64,000 nucleotides of DNA from an uncultured delta proteobacterium (GTDB lineage: Bacteria; Myxococcota; Kuafuiibacteriia; Kuafuiibacteriales; Kuafuiibacteriaceae): assembly GCA_963803435.1 (NCBI GenBank), contig CAWDML010000001.1, forward strand, positions 2,496,001 to 2,560,000, given 5' to 3'. Below are positions 29,019 through 44,437 of the stretch, piece by piece. Under the pieces are notes generated by a model. It did no database searches, was not told the DNA's origin, and worked only from the letters and a program-made list of their open reading frames with translations. The position numbers and the translations under genes were made by a program. Within the stretch, counting starts at the first letter, position 1; each line of letters opens with the position of its first letter.

Positions 29019-29959
29019 GACAGTCCGGCCTCTGTTGCGTTCTCACCGAGCGAGCGGACGAAGATCGCCTCGAGGTCGTCTCGGTGAGGTTCGAATCGAA
29101 CCAGCATCGCGCCTTCCGCCATCATCGCCGACGCGAACGTCTGCGCGGGCGCGAGCTGGTCGAACTCGACATGGATCGCACCGTCCGCGATCGTGGCGCC
29201 GGGATGCGCCGTCTTGATGCGCTCCAGGTGAACGCCGTCGAGGTTGCCGAGGACGACGGAGACACCGCGGGTCGTCTCGGTGAGGATGTCCTCCAGGCGT
29301 CCGGTCCTGCGGGTCTCGCCGCGATGGATGATCGAGACGCGATCGCAGGTCATCTCCACGTCAGGGAGGATGTGGGTCGAGTAGAAGATGGTGGCGCCCT
29401 CGTGGCGGAGCTCCAGGATCAGCTCCCGGAGGTCCTTGCGTCCGATCGGGTCGAGGCCGGTCATAGGCTCGTCGAGGATCAGCAGCTTGGGCGCAGCCAC
29501 CATCGCCTGGGCGAGGCCGGCCCGCTGGAGCATGCCCTTGGAGAACTTTCTCAGCCGCCGATCGAGCACGTGGCCCAAGCCGACGCGCTCGAGCTGGCGC
29601 TTGGCCCGTGTCTCCGCCTCGTGTCGAGCGAGCCCGGAGAGCTGGCCGAACCAGGCCACCATCTCGAGCGGCGTCAGGTACTCGTAGAACGTCGGATGCT
29701 CGGGCATATAGCCCACGTCCTTCTGCCACTGCAGGCTGTCAGGCTCGTGCCCGAGCAGCCGGATCAGCCCGGAGTCGGCGCGGATCAAGCCGAGCATCGC
29801 CTTGATGGTCGTCGTCTTGCCGGCGCCGTTCGGGCCGAGGAATCCGAAGATCTCGGCCTTTTCGACGGAGAAGGAGATGTCCCGCGCCGCGTCGAAGCGT
29901 TTCCGCCGCAGCCCGACGAAGAACGTTTTCTTGAAGTGGTCCACCTGGATCATGTTCAT
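29015..29959 (-). CDS. pilH: ABC ATPase PilH
   Basis: GPNGAGKTT, FSKGMLQR, LDEPMTGLDP; synteny with the pilins. Confidence 0.9.
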   Translation of the reverse strand: MNMIQVDHFKKTFFVGLRRKRFDAARDISFSVEKAEIFGFLGPNGAGKTTTIKAMLGLIRADSGLIRLLGHEPDSLQWQKDVGYMPEHPTFYEYLTPLEMVAWFGQLSGLARHEAETRAKRQLERVGLGHVLDRRLRKFSKGMLQRAGLAQAMVAAPKLLILDEPMTGLDPIGRKDLRELILELRHEGATIFYSTHILPDVEMTCDRVSIIHRGETRRTGRLEDILTETTRGVSVVLGNLDGVHLERIKTAHPGATIADGAIHVEFDQLAPAQTFASAMMAEGAMLVRFEPHRDDLEAIFVRSLGENATEAGLS

Positions 29960-30888
29960 GGCTGGATGGCCCTGATGGATGGGTCGTCGACCTCCGGACG
30001 ACTCCCGACCCGCTTGGCAGCTTCGTCCTCACGCACGTTGATCACCTTGGTCCTGGCCCGACAGTTCTCGTCGAGCTCGATCTCGCCGCCGAGCAGGTCG
30101 CGGGGTGGCTCGACCACCAGGCCGGCGGTGAAGAGCTCTTCGGCCGTCGGGACCTTGCCGGTCTGGGCGCGCATCGAGGCGCAGGCCTGGTCGTACTTGG
30201 GGAGGATGTAGAGCTCGCTCTTGATGATCGCGATGCGGATCTCGGCGTCCTCCCGGTGAGGTCCCGGAGGGAGCCATTCGAGCATGCTCTCGAGCAGCGA
30301 GAGCGCCTCCTCCGGATTTCCCGCGTGGAGCTTCGACCGCGCCACCAGGGAGGGGACGTACCTCGGCACGTTGGGGAGATGAGCCGATTGCAGCCAGTAG
30401 CTCGAGGCGTCGTCCGGCTTTCCGTGGACGAAGTACGCGTTGTAGCCGAGCAAGAACGGAAACTCCCAACGCTCGGGGAGGTTTCGTGCACCCTTCTTCG
30501 CGAGCCGGTCGGAGGCATCGGTGCGCCGGGAGTACATCGTGAGGACGACGGCCGGATAGTACTGCACCTCGAAGTATTCGGGATCCAGATCGCTCGCGAT
30601 TTCAGACCACCGCTCCAGCCGATCCGCGACCGCAGGGAGGCTCGCCTCGTTGGCACCGAGGTTCTGGACGATCTGCAGCCACACCAGCTCGGCGACCGCG
30701 CTGGCGTGTTGAATCGAGAGGAGGTTCAGGGCCTTCGGTCCGGGTGACGTGATGACATCCCGGGAGAGGGCCGTCTCGCGCCGGGCGCTCGAGAGGCCAT
30801 CGAGCGCCAGCACGCGGGCCGCCACGGTCGTCGCGAAGGCCGCCGTCGCGGTGATCAGCGGGGTGAGGGTGGCGGTGGCGGGGCGCAT
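29956..30888 (-). CDS. pilG: PilG-like membrane-anchored TPR-like protein
   Basis: N-terminal hydrophobic anchor; DLDPEY, WEFPFLLGYNAYF, PRDLLGG; sits between the pilins and pilH. Start uncertain. Confidence 0.72.
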   Translation of the reverse strand: MRPATATLTPLITATAAFATTVAARVLALDGLSSARRETALSRDVITSPGPKALNLLSIQHASAVAELVWLQIVQNLGANEASLPAVADRLERWSEIASDLDPEYFEVQYYPAVVLTMYSRRTDASDRLAKKGARNLPERWEFPFLLGYNAYFVHGKPDDASSYWLQSAHLPNVPRYVPSLVARSKLHAGNPEEALSLLESMLEWLPPGPHREDAEIRIAIIKSELYILPKYDQACASMRAQTGKVPTAEELFTAGLVVEPPRDLLGGEIELDENCRARTKVINVREDEAAKRVGSRPEVDDPSIRAIQP

Positions 30889-30899
30889 CCCGAGGGATC

Positions 30900-31478
30900 T
30901 TAGAACCGCGCGACGGACAGACGCACTACTTGATCGACAAAAGGACAGGCCGTCCCCAACGGAGTGGGGAGGCCGAGACCGTCGCCGTCGAGGTCGGAGC
31001 AAAACGCGAACTCGGACGCCGCGCCGTCGGCATCGAGATCACCGACTGCAGTACACGAGAAGTTCGACCCGGCACCGGGGTTGTCGACCGCGGCGCACTC
31101 GTACTGGAAGTAGACGCCCGACCCGGTGGTCCGAACGCCGACGTCCTCCATCGACATGGTGTTGCCGGCGCAAAATGCAGTTCCGGCCGGCGAAGCCGCG
31201 GAGAGCCAGGTGCCGCGCTGGCCGGGCACCGGTGCCACAGCCGGCGTCTGCTCCAGGATCGCAAAACAGTCGTGGGTGGCGTAGAGGCTCCACTGGGCGG
31301 TCTTGAGATCGCCCAGGATGAGAGAAGCCTCGGTCTGCTTGGAGCGGAGGCTGTACTCGACGAAGTTGGGAATGGCGATCGCCGCCAGGATGCCGACGAT
31401 CGCCACCACCATCATCAGCTCGATCAGCGTGAACCCACGGCGATGGAGATGTCTTGGGTTCATCGCGAGCGAGCTCAT
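30900..31478 (-). CDS. Second type IVa pilin (PilA paralogue)
   Basis: Class III signal RRG|[24 protein letters not shown]; Cys-rich head with GDLDADG. Confidence 0.92.
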   Translation of the reverse strand: MSSLAMNPRHLHRRGFTLIELMMVVAIVGILAAIAIPNFVEYSLRSKQTEASLILGDLKTAQWSLYATHDCFAILEQTPAVAPVPGQRGTWLSAASPAGTAFCAGNTMSMEDVGVRTTGSGVYFQYECAAVDNPGAGSNFSCTAVGDLDADGAASEFAFCSDLDGDGLGLPTPLGTACPFVDQVVRLSVARF

Positions 31479-31479
31479 T

Positions 31480-32055
31480 TCAGAACGAAAGCTCGTTGCA
31501 GTTCACGATCTCACCCGCGGGCAACGCAGCGCCGCAGGGACCCTGCGCCGTGCGTGCGCAGTCGAGGATGCCGGCCGCAATCGCCGGGTCGTTCGACGTC
31601 TGGAACTCGAACTCTCCGTTGACACCGTCCACGTCGAGATCGCCGATCGCGTCCATGCAGTACTCGGGCACGACGCCGGCAGGTTGACCCTGCGTCTCGT
31701 AGGAGTAGTAGACGTCTCCGGCAGGCTCGTACCCGACGCACTGGAACTCGGTGCAGACGGCCGGGGTCACCCGGTTGCAGCCCGCGGGGCACGCAGTGCC
31801 CGGCCACGGAACCTTGCTGCCAGGGCCCGGAGCAGCAGGCTGCGGGGCGAGGGTCGGGTAGATGTCGTACCCAGCCCGGAAGGTCTCCATGTTCGTCTTG
31901 ATGGCGCCCATGTTGGTCTTCGCTTCGGCCGTCTTCGAGCGCAGCTGGTAGCGAATGAAGTTCGGGATGGCGATGGCGGCGAGAATCCCGATGATCGCAA
32001 CGACGATCATGAGCTCGATGAGCGTAAAGCCCTTGGACTTGTTGAGTTTCTTCAT
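31480..32055 (-). CDS. pilA: Major type IVa pilin
   Basis: MKKLNKSKG|[32 protein letters not shown]; directly downstream of a sigma54 promoter. Confidence 0.95.
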   Translation of the reverse strand: MKKLNKSKGFTLIELMIVVAIIGILAAIAIPNFIRYQLRSKTAEAKTNMGAIKTNMETFRAGYDIYPTLAPQPAAPGPGSKVPWPGTACPAGCNRVTPAVCTEFQCVGYEPAGDVYYSYETQGQPAGVVPEYCMDAIGDLDVDGVNGEFEFQTSNDPAIAAGILDCARTAQGPCGAALPAGEIVNCNELSF

Positions 32056-32101
32056 AGCGTCTTTCGTTCTTCCTCTCGGGTTGGCGTAACTCGAACCCTT
32101 T

Positions 32102-32119
32102 ACGCAGGCGACGTGCCAA
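32102..32119 (-). promoter_or_regulatory. Sigma54 -24/-12 promoter of pilA
   Basis: Minus strand reads TTGGCACGTCGCCTGCGT (GG-N10-GC) about 50 bp before the pilA ATG. Confidence 0.8.
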
Positions 32120-32146
32120 GGCCGAGCCATCACCTTCCCGGGGCGG

Positions 32147-32185
32147 TGCCAAGTTTCGTCATGATCGGGCTTACAAAGTTGGTCA
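32147..32185. promoter_or_regulatory. Two candidate enhancer (PilR) sites
   Basis: TGCCAAGTTTCGTCA (32147-32161) and TTACAAAGTTGGTCA (32171-32185) are similar near-dyads 24 bp apart, upstream of the sigma54 box. Confidence 0.45.
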
Positions 32186-32231
32186 CTCCGCCCAAGCGCG
32201 TCAGGCCCGATGTGAGCCTCGCGGATACACG

Positions 32232-35200
32232 TCAGTCGCGGATCCGGAACGCCTGGATCTGCTCGGCGTTGAGCGGGCCCGTGTTGATGAAGAAGCTGGA
32301 CACGCCGGGCGTGGCGCTCTCGCCGCGAACCGACGGGACGGCGTCGCGCGCGATCCGCTCCGAGAGCAGGTCGACGAAGTACCCGGTCCCCGCCGTGAGC
32401 CCCACGAACACCCACCGTCCATTCTTCGTCTGGGCGCCGAGCCCGTTCTGCGTGTGGAGAATGTCGGGGGCGCGGCCTGAGAAGAGATCGACGGCCGCCA
32501 GCCCGCTCCCGGGCGCGCCGAGGGCGTAGATGCGGTTCGGTCCGGCGAGCCCGCGGAACAGCTGCGGCTGGCCGAACGCCGGCATCCCCAGCGACGGCGT
32601 GGTCGGCAAGCCGGTCTCGACGTCGGCGTACCAGTGGCCCACCGTCGAATGACTCACCAGCAGGTCGCCGGTGACCGGATCGAAGAGGACCCCCTGGACA
32701 CCGTTGCCGGTCATGGTGGTGGCGGTGACGAAGAACTCGCAGCTGCCGTCCGACAGGTCGATCCGGAGGAAGCCCTCCTCACCCGCCGCGGAGTCGACCG
32801 GCTTCCGCGTGAAGGCGTAGCGACCCCGGTCGTCGGTCCTCGGGGCGAAGGCGTCGCCGGCGCCGCCGAGCGTGGGATAGCGCGGGCAGGTCCCGACCAG
32901 CGTCCCGCTCGGAAGGTCGATCACGTGGATGCCGAGCGGCGGCTGGTAGACGAGCCCGCGCGTCCCGTCGGGCACCACGCCGAAGTAGGTGGCGAGACCG
33001 GTGGCCCCGCCCACCGGGACGCGGCTCTGATCGCCGCTGGTGGTGTCCACGATGATCAGCTCGGGGGGCCCGGAGAAGGACAGCGCGTAGAGCGAGCCCT
33101 CCGAGGCCGACAGGCCGATCCCGTTGGTGATGTTCTCGGCGAGGATCGGCGGTTCCCGCTCGAGCACGGCGATCGCACCCGACGCCGCCTGACCCGCCGT
33201 TACGGTGACCGTGATCGGACCAGGATCGACCCCGGCGGGGACCGTCACACTCACCTGGCCGTCGGTGGAGGTGGCGCCGGTGCCCGCGGCACCGCCGGAG
33301 AACTGGACCTGGGTCACGCCGGCGAGGTGGCGCCCGAAGAGGACGAGCGTGTCGCCGGCCTCGATGAGGGAGTGGTCGAAGTCGTAGATGAGCGGTGACC
33401 CGTCGTCGATGATCAGGTCGCGCGCGGACACGGCGGTGCCCGCGGGATGGTGGACGCGCACGGCGCCCGTGATCGCGCCGGCGGGGACCGTCACGTCGAT
33501 CGATCGGTCGCGGACCCGCGTGGGCTGAACCGGAGTGGCCCCCTCGAACTCGACCGTCACCATTCCGCCGGTGTCCGTGGTGTCGAAGCCGTCCCCCACA
33601 ATCGTGACCGGGACGTCGCGCGCCGCCGGGTTCGGCCGGACCTCGTAGATGACCGGTCCGGACAGCACCACAAACGTGATGACCTCGTAGGAGGGGCCGC
33701 CGAGGACCGTCCTCACCTCGAGACGCCCGGTGCCGGCGCCCGGCGGGACCTGCGCGCAGACGACCTCCTGCCCAGGCAGGGCGAGCGCGCGCTCGTCGGC
33801 CGAGCAATTGCGCGCGATCGCGCCGACTCCGCCGATGAGAACGTCGCCGCCCGCAACGTCGAAGCCGACCACCGCGAAGACACCGCTCGTCCGCGCCGAC
33901 GAGGGCACGGCCCGGAGCAGCCGGGGCGGAGGGGATCACCTCGAACGCAACGCTCGACGTGACGGTGCGACCGCCCGAGATGACCGTGAGCGGACCGCTG
34001 GCGGCGTCGCGGGGGACGCGCACCACCAGGCGGCTGTCGCTGACGCTGGAGCTCACGGCGACCGCGATGGCACCGACGCCAAACTGTACGGACGTCGGGC
34101 TCCGGGGAAGGAAGTTGCGCCCGGTGATCGTCACGGGCGCCCCCACCCGTCCGGCCGGCGGTGCGATCGAGAGGATCACGGGGGAGAGGCCGGTCTGTGA
34201 GCCGGTGCATGCGGTCGGATCCTGGTCGGCGTTCGGAATGGTCGGGCAGGTGTCGGTGTCGTCGCGGACGCCGTCGGCGTCCGTATCGCTGTTCAGCGGG
34301 TTGGTGATGAAGCCGTCGAGGCCGGAGCTGAGCTCCTCGAGGTCCGAGAGGTTGTCGTTGTCGTCGTCGGTGTCGCTCTCGTCGGCGATGCCGTCGCCGT
34401 CGGTGTCGAAGCAGCCGAAGGGATCGTCCGGGAAGCGATCGATGGCGTCCGGGCAGCCATCGCCGTCGCGATCGCCGTCGGGGAAGGGGCTCGTCTCGCC
34501 GTCGAAGAGCGTGACGTGCAACAGGCCGATCACGCCCTCCTCCAGCACCGCCACGCCCTGGAGCTCGGCGCTGTGGTACCCGTCGTGCGTGAAGCGGGCG
34601 TGATAGACACCGGCGGGAACCGTGATCTGATAGCGGCCGGATCCGTCCGTGGTCGCCGGTCCGATCACCATGGAAGGATCGAGATCGCTGACGAAGCGGA
34701 TCTCGGTCCCATCGTGAGTGCCCTCGCCCGCGCCGAAGAGCGTCGCCTGGCCCGAGACCTGGACCAGCGGCGGATCTCCGGGCGTCATGATCAGATCCCG
34801 AGCCCGCACCGTCACGGCGGGCGACACCGTCACGCCCGAGGCGTAGGCGGGCCGATAGCCGGGCCGGAACGCGACCACGTCGAAGGTGCCCTCCGGAACG
34901 CTGGCGATCAGGAAGGTGCCGTCGGCCGACGTGATGCCCTTGAATGCGGTCGTCGCGATCACCACCACGGTACCGCCGGCCGCCACCGGTCCACCGGTCT
35001 CCTGCTCCAGCAGGACGCGACCCTCCAGCGCACCGTTCTCGCCGAGCCGGATCTCGTCGAGATCGATGATCTGCCCGTCGACCAGGATCTTGAACGGCGC
35101 CAACCGCCGGACCGCGGTCGGGAGCACGCCCGGCTGGAGCGGCTTGCGGATGTCGAGATAGATGTTCCGGCCGATCGGGAGGCGCTGCAGCATGAAACGG

Positions 35201-35403
35201 CCGTCGGGATCCGCGCTGATCCGCGTGTCCGTCCCCAGCTCGCGGATCAGCGCCCCCGACACGCCCGCCAGATCGCCGCTGGCCAGGCTTTGCTCGACGA
35301 CGACGCCCTCGACGAAGCCGCCCTCGCCCGGCGCTGGAAGGTCCTTGGGATTGCGGATACAGGCAGCGAGGATGAGCCCGAAGAGAGCGCTGCCGACGCG
35401 CAT
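32232..35403 (-). CDS. Large lipoprotein: carboxypeptidase-regulatory-like repeats, TSP3 Ca-binding repeats, IPT/TIG domains, C-terminal propeller-like region (single frameshift near 33931)
   Basis: Lipobox LAAC; DRDGDG/DTDGDG/DDDND repeats; [19 protein letters not shown] repeats. Removing one base from the G run at 33931-33934 joins ORFs 32779..35403 and 32232..33908. Confidence 0.8.
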
Positions 35404-35446
35404 GGGGCTTCATACCACCGGTGTGCGCAGACCGGCACCCCTTCCG

Positions 35447-36379
35447 TCAGCCGGTGATACCGAGCGCGCCCTGGTCGTCCGGCTCGCGGATCGAGAGCCG
35501 GCCCACGCCGTCGAGCTGAACGTACTCCGACACGCCTTCGATGGCGTAGCCGAGCACGGTCCACACGTCGCTGCGCTTCCCTAGGATGATCGTCTCACCC
35601 GCAACCGCGCCACCGAAGACCGTCGTCCAGGTGAACGAGACATAGTCCTCGCAAGAGAACGGCGAGTCGGCGCAATCGTGGAGGTCGCGCTCATCGAGAT
35701 ACTGAACGTACGCGACCCCGTCCGGATGGTTGCTCCAGCGGACCATGGGCGCCTTGTGTCGATCGAAGGGACGCCCCAGGCAGCCCCGATTCTTCGCCGT
35801 CTCCGCAATCCACTCCGTGCGGTCGCGAAGCATGCCGTCCCAGAACATCCGGGCCTGGTCCCAGTGCCGATCGAAGTCACCGGCGTCGAGCGCCGCCAGC
35901 GCGGACTCGGCCACCTGCCTCGCGCTCTCCTCGGTGGCGCGGTCGCGGCGCCAGCCGGAGCGGCTGACGATCCGGCCCGAGCGCCGAAAGCGATGCGCGA
36001 CCCCGCAGGCGGTACACATGACCTCGTAGCACGAGAAGCCCGAGGGCGAGCGCTGGCGGCTGGGCCGGACGTTGCCGACGTCGGCCAGGATCTCCTGGGT
36101 GCTCACGCGGTACGGCTCCCCGCACGCCGGACACGCGAGGCGATTGATCCGCGCCACGAAGCGCCGGGTGCGGGGCCAGACCGCGACCAGGGCGCTGGTC
36201 CACAGCGCAGCGCCGGAGAAGACCAGCGAGAGCTTCATCATGAAGCCAGGCTCGAGCGCGAGCCCCAGGATCAAGCCGCCGAGCGCCGTGCCGAGCAGAC
36301 CGAATGCGCCGACCGTCTCGCGCACCAGCGCGCGGGACTCGATGCGATCCTCGGTCAGCTGGACCAGCTCGCGGCTCAT
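35447..36379 (-). CDS. Membrane protein with CxxC..CxxC Zn finger and DUF4019-like C-terminal domain
   Basis: Two TM segments, CPAC..CTAC, then AESALAALDAGDFD..W..R..LG..WTVLGY pattern. Confidence 0.6.
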   Translation of the reverse strand: MSRELVQLTEDRIESRALVRETVGAFGLLGTALGGLILGLALEPGFMMKLSLVFSGAALWTSALVAVWPRTRRFVARINRLACPACGEPYRVSTQEILADVGNVRPSRQRSPSGFSCYEVMCTACGVAHRFRRSGRIVSRSGWRRDRATEESARQVAESALAALDAGDFDRHWDQARMFWDGMLRDRTEWIAETAKNRGCLGRPFDRHKAPMVRWSNHPDGVAYVQYLDERDLHDCADSPFSCEDYVSFTWTTVFGGAVAGETIILGKRSDVWTVLGYAIEGVSEYVQLDGVGRLSIREPDDQGALGITG

Positions 36380-36969
36380 GGCACGGAGACGCCCTGTGGG
36401 GCTCCCTTCTGCTTCAGCCGCTGCATGCGGAGCGAGGTGTCGGTCTCATCGGTCACGCCGTGCTTCTCCCGGAGCGCCTTCACCCGCGGGTTGGTGGCGA
36501 CCTCGATCCACAGGGGGTCCTCGCGCAATCGCATGTTGAGGCGGCCTTCGTTGGGCGGGATCTTCTCCATGAGATCGATCGCAGCCTCGAGATCACCCCG
36601 CTCCCGGAGAATGTTCGCGCGCTCGGCCATCGCGTCGAAGTCGTTCGGATCGATCTCGAGCACCTTGGCGAACGTGCGATCGGCGTCGTCGAGCTTGCCG
36701 GCGGCGCGCTGCGCAATCCCGAGGTTCAGGTAGAGGCTGGGCTCGTCCGGATGTTTCCCGATCATCTCCTCGAGCCGCTCGATCGCGACGTCATAGTCGC
36801 CGTTGCGTCCAGCGGCGATGATCTCGTCGAGCTCCTTGTTGAGCTCGCCGCGTTCGGTCTTCTTCTCGTTGTCGGCGCTCGACTGGAGCCCAAGGGTGGC
36901 GAGAGCGCCGATGCCTCCCACCACCAGGACCAGCCATGCGCCCGCCGCGATCGGATGTTCCTTGATCAT
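36376..36969 (-). CDS. Membrane-anchored TPR protein
   Basis: N-terminal TM; TPR helices (LYLNLGIAQRAAGKLDDADRTFAKVLEIDPND); 4-nt overlaps with both neighbours. Confidence 0.85.
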   Translation of the reverse strand: MIKEHPIAAGAWLVLVVGGIGALATLGLQSSADNEKKTERGELNKELDEIIAAGRNGDYDVAIERLEEMIGKHPDEPSLYLNLGIAQRAAGKLDDADRTFAKVLEIDPNDFDAMAERANILRERGDLEAAIDLMEKIPPNEGRLNMRLREDPLWIEVATNPRVKALREKHGVTDETDTSLRMQRLKQKGAPQGVSVP

Positions 36970-38372
36970 GTCTTCGACCCTCGACTCTTCTCGTACTTGG
37001 ACAGCTTGTACCGGAATTGCCGAAAAGACAGCCCCAGAAGCTCCGCCGCCTTGGTCTTCACCCCGCCTGCCTTTTCGAGCCCGCGCGCGATCAGCCCGTA
37101 CTCGAACTCCTCCACCAGGCGCTCCAGATCCACCCCCTCGTCCGGGAGGGGCTCATCGCTGGCCTCCAGGGAGAAGACTCGGGTGGGCCCCGACTCGGCA
37201 TGGACCACGTCCTTCGGGAGCTGCTCGACGCTGATCGTGCGGCCGGTCGCGAGTGCCACACCACGCTCGATCATGTTCTCGAGCTGGCGGACGTTGCCGG
37301 GGAAGGTGTACCCGAGGAGCTTCTCCATCGCCGCCGGATCGATCCCGGAGATCTCACGTCCGAACTCCTTCGCATACTTGTCGAGGAACGTCTGGACGAG
37401 CAGCGGTAGATCTTCGCGCCGCTGCCGGAGCGGCGGCATGTTGATCTCGACGACCTGCAGCCGATAGAAGAGGTCCTCGCGAAAGCGTCCCGCCCGCACC
37501 TCGGCCTCGAGGTCGCGGTTGGTGGCCGCGATGACCCGCACGTCGATGTCGACCTCGCTGACCGCGCCGATACGCTTCACCTTCCGCTCTTGCAGAACGC
37601 GGAGCAGCTTCGGTTGCAGCGCGATGGGGAGCTCCGCGATCTCGTCGAGGAACAGCGTGCCGCCCTCGGCCGCCTCGAAGAGGCCCTTCTTGTCGTCGTC
37701 GGCTCCGGTGAACGCACCCCTGACGTGTCCGAAGAGCTCCGACTCCATCAGATTCTCCGGAATGGCGCCGCAATTCACGGCGACGAACGCCTTGTTCCGA
37801 CGATCGCTGCCGTAATGGATCGCCTTGGCGGCGCGCTCCTTGCCGGTGCCGCTCTCACCGGTGACCAGCACGGTCGCCTTGAGCGGAGAGACGCGCCCGA
37901 TCATGTCGAGCACGTCCTGCATCACCTCGCTCTTGCCCGAGATTCCAGAGGCGCTGTAGCGCTCGAACAGCTGGCGGCGCAGGGCCTCGTTCTCCTCCTG
38001 CAGCTGTCGCTTGTTGATCGCCTGGGAGACCAGCACGCGAATGTCCGTCGCCAGGTGCGGCCCTTTCTCCAGATAGAACGAGGCCCCCTCCGAGATGGCG
38101 GTCTGCGCCTTCTCCCGGGTGCCGTAGGCGGTCATCACGATCACCTCGGGGAGGTTCGGGTGCGCTCGGGCGGCGCGGACCACCTCCATGCCATCACCGC
38201 CGGGCTCGAGGCGCAGGTCGCTGATCACCAGGTCGACGACCTCGGTATCGAGGACCTTGCGGGCCGACTCGACGTTCTTCGCCAGGTGGACGACGTGGCC
38301 CATCGCGGTGATCAGGACCTCGAGGACATCCCGCAGCCCGGCCTCGTCGTCCACGACCAGCACCCGTCCCAT
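36966..38372 (-). CDS. pilR: Sigma54-dependent response regulator PilR
   Basis: REC domain, [40 protein letters not shown]; follows pilS. Confidence 0.93.
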   Translation of the reverse strand: MGRVLVVDDEAGLRDVLEVLITAMGHVVHLAKNVESARKVLDTEVVDLVISDLRLEPGGDGMEVVRAARAHPNLPEVIVMTAYGTREKAQTAISEGASFYLEKGPHLATDIRVLVSQAINKRQLQEENEALRRQLFERYSASGISGKSEVMQDVLDMIGRVSPLKATVLVTGESGTGKERAAKAIHYGSDRRNKAFVAVNCGAIPENLMESELFGHVRGAFTGADDDKKGLFEAAEGGTLFLDEIAELPIALQPKLLRVLQERKVKRIGAVSEVDIDVRVIAATNRDLEAEVRAGRFREDLFYRLQVVEINMPPLRQRREDLPLLVQTFLDKYAKEFGREISGIDPAAMEKLLGYTFPGNVRQLENMIERGVALATGRTISVEQLPKDVVHAESGPTRVFSLEASDEPLPDEGVDLERLVEEFEYGLIARGLEKAGGVKTKAAELLGLSFRQFRYKLSKYEKSRGSKT

Positions 38373-38405
38373 CAGGATCTTCCTTCTCGCATTACGGCGG
38401 TCATC

Positions 38406-40181
38406 TCAAGCGATCGGCTCCAGCTCCGACGAGTTGCTGGTGTCGTCCCAGCCCTGGACGAGGTCCACGCTCCCGAGATCCGTCGGCAGGCGCACGCTCA
38501 CCTCGGTGCCCACTCCGACGTGGCTCTCGAACATCATGCTCCCGCCGTGGGACTCCACGATCGCGTGGGCGATCGCCAGCCCCAGCCCGGAGCCGCCCTG
38601 CTTGGTGGTGAAGAACGGATCGAACACGTTCTTGACCTGCTCGGGCGGGACACCCACACCGGTGTCGCGGACGACGAGCACAGCCTCGCCCTCGCGCTCG
38701 AAGGTGCGGATGGTGAGCGTCCCGCCCGCCCGCTTCATCGCCTCGCCGGCGTTCCGGATCAGGTTCCAGGTCACCTGCCGAACCTGGTCCTCGTCGATCG
38801 CCGCGACCAGGCCCTCCTGGAGCGCGAGGTCGATGCAAACGTTGGAGGAGGCCTCGAGACGGTACATCTCCACCACGGACCGGACCAGGGAGGAGAGATC
38901 GGCCTCCTTGGCCTCGAGCTCCCGCGGCTTCGCGAAGGAGAGGAAGTGGGTGATCAGGACGTTGAGGCGGTCGGCCTCCTTCACCACGTTGCTCATCAGG
39001 CGCTTCATCGCGACGGGCGGATCCAGCGACTGCTCGAGCACGTCGATCGAGGCGCACATGGAGGCGAGCGGATTGCGCACCTCATGGGCGAGGCCGGCGG
39101 CGAACTTGCCCACGGTGGCGAGGCGCTCGGCGCGCTCGACCGCCTCCTTGAGCCGCACGATGTCGGTGACGTCCTGGAACACGACGATGAACCCGGACCA
39201 CTCGGCACCGCCCGCCAGCGAGAGCGGCGCAAAGGAGAAGCCGATCTTGAGCACGGTGCCGTCGGGCGCCAGGTGTCCCCGCTCGTAGCGCCCGCGGGGG
39301 CGGCCGGAGCGGAACGGGTGCTCGGAGAGGCCGTGCTCCTGCCACGTGCGGCCCATGAACGGTACCGCGCCCATCAGGCGCTGTCCGACCAGCTGATCCC
39401 AGCTCATCCGCAGGATGACGAGCGCGGCGTCGTTGACGTAGCGGATGGTGAGCTCCTCATCGATCGTCATCAGCCCGGCAGGCAGCGAGCGAAGGATGGC
39501 GGCGTGCAGCTCCTCGAGCCGCTCGAGGTCGATCTTCTTCTCCGCGAGACGAAGATCGGTGATCCGCAGGCGCTCGGTCAGCGTGCTGGCCAGGAAGGCG
39601 ACCACGCCGATCCCGCCCGTGTGCATGACGAAGGCGAAGATCGCAGTGCTGGAGTCGACCCGCGGCAGCACGGCGACGATCCGCTCCACCTGCAGCAGGA
39701 TCACGGTCCCGAACAGGAGGAAGATGCAGACGGCGGCCATGACGGCGCCCCGGCGATACAGCGTGATGGCGGCGCCCAGCACCACGAAGACGTAGGCGAC
39801 CGTGAAGACCGATTCGATCCCGCCGGTCATCAGTACCAGGACCGAGACGATCGCCGTGTCGAGGACGATCTGGATGTAGCCGAGGAGCGGGACCAGCGCG
39901 CGATAGCGCAGCAAGCCCGCGTAGATCACGGAGACCAGATAGGCGGAGCCGATCAGCAGGTACTCCCAGTCCGAGACCTCCCGGACGCTGTGCGGTGGTC
40001 GCAGCTGCGCGATCACGAAGAGCGCCCCGAGCGAGAGGGTCACGATGACGACGCGGGCGATCGCGACGCTGACCAGCTTCCGCACCAGCGCATCGACCTG
40101 GAGCTGATCGGGGGGCGGGGTGAGGAGCGGAACGCCGCTGAGTGAGTGGCTCCGGCGCGCGATGTTGGGTGGGGAGACCAT
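38406..40181 (-). CDS. pilS: Sensor histidine kinase PilS
   Basis: Multi-TM N-terminus ([15 protein letters not shown]), [25 protein letters not shown]; start approximate. Confidence 0.92.
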   Translation of the reverse strand: MVSPPNIARRSHSLSGVPLLTPPPDQLQVDALVRKLVSVAIARVVIVTLSLGALFVIAQLRPPHSVREVSDWEYLLIGSAYLVSVIYAGLLRYRALVPLLGYIQIVLDTAIVSVLVLMTGGIESVFTVAYVFVVLGAAITLYRRGAVMAAVCIFLLFGTVILLQVERIVAVLPRVDSSTAIFAFVMHTGGIGVVAFLASTLTERLRITDLRLAEKKIDLERLEELHAAILRSLPAGLMTIDEELTIRYVNDAALVILRMSWDQLVGQRLMGAVPFMGRTWQEHGLSEHPFRSGRPRGRYERGHLAPDGTVLKIGFSFAPLSLAGGAEWSGFIVVFQDVTDIVRLKEAVERAERLATVGKFAAGLAHEVRNPLASMCASIDVLEQSLDPPVAMKRLMSNVVKEADRLNVLITHFLSFAKPRELEAKEADLSSLVRSVVEMYRLEASSNVCIDLALQEGLVAAIDEDQVRQVTWNLIRNAGEAMKRAGGTLTIRTFEREGEAVLVVRDTGVGVPPEQVKNVFDPFFTTKQGGSGLGLAIAHAIVESHGGSMMFESHVGVGTEVSVRLPTDLGSVDLVQGWDDTSNSSELEPIA

Positions 40182-40210
40182 CGAGCGGGCGGCGGAGGGC
40201 CGCCATCCGC

Positions 40211-41415
<1,205 letters not shown>

Positions 41416-41514
41416 CTCGGCTCCTTCTACTCCGGCGGACGAACTAGTCTAGCGTCCCAGGTCACGGTCCGCAAAACGGTGGACTCGGCGTGGGTGTGGG
41501 GAATCTTCGCCCCA

Positions 41515-42646
<1,132 letters not shown>

Positions 42647-42667
42647 TGCGTCGCACTGTGCGGCTCG

Positions 42668-44401
<1,734 letters not shown>

Positions 44402-44437
44402 GCGAGGGGGGAGGCTAAACTCGCCCAGGTCGCGAGT

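Noticed and set aside
32132-32152. Second TTGGCAC upstream of pilA as an extra sigma54 promoter
   Set aside because: No TGC at -12 (reads CCGGG); better explained as part of an enhancer-like box.
34250-34480. GTC/TCG-rich repeats as a possible DNA repeat array
   Set aside because: They encode Asp-rich TSP3 protein repeats.
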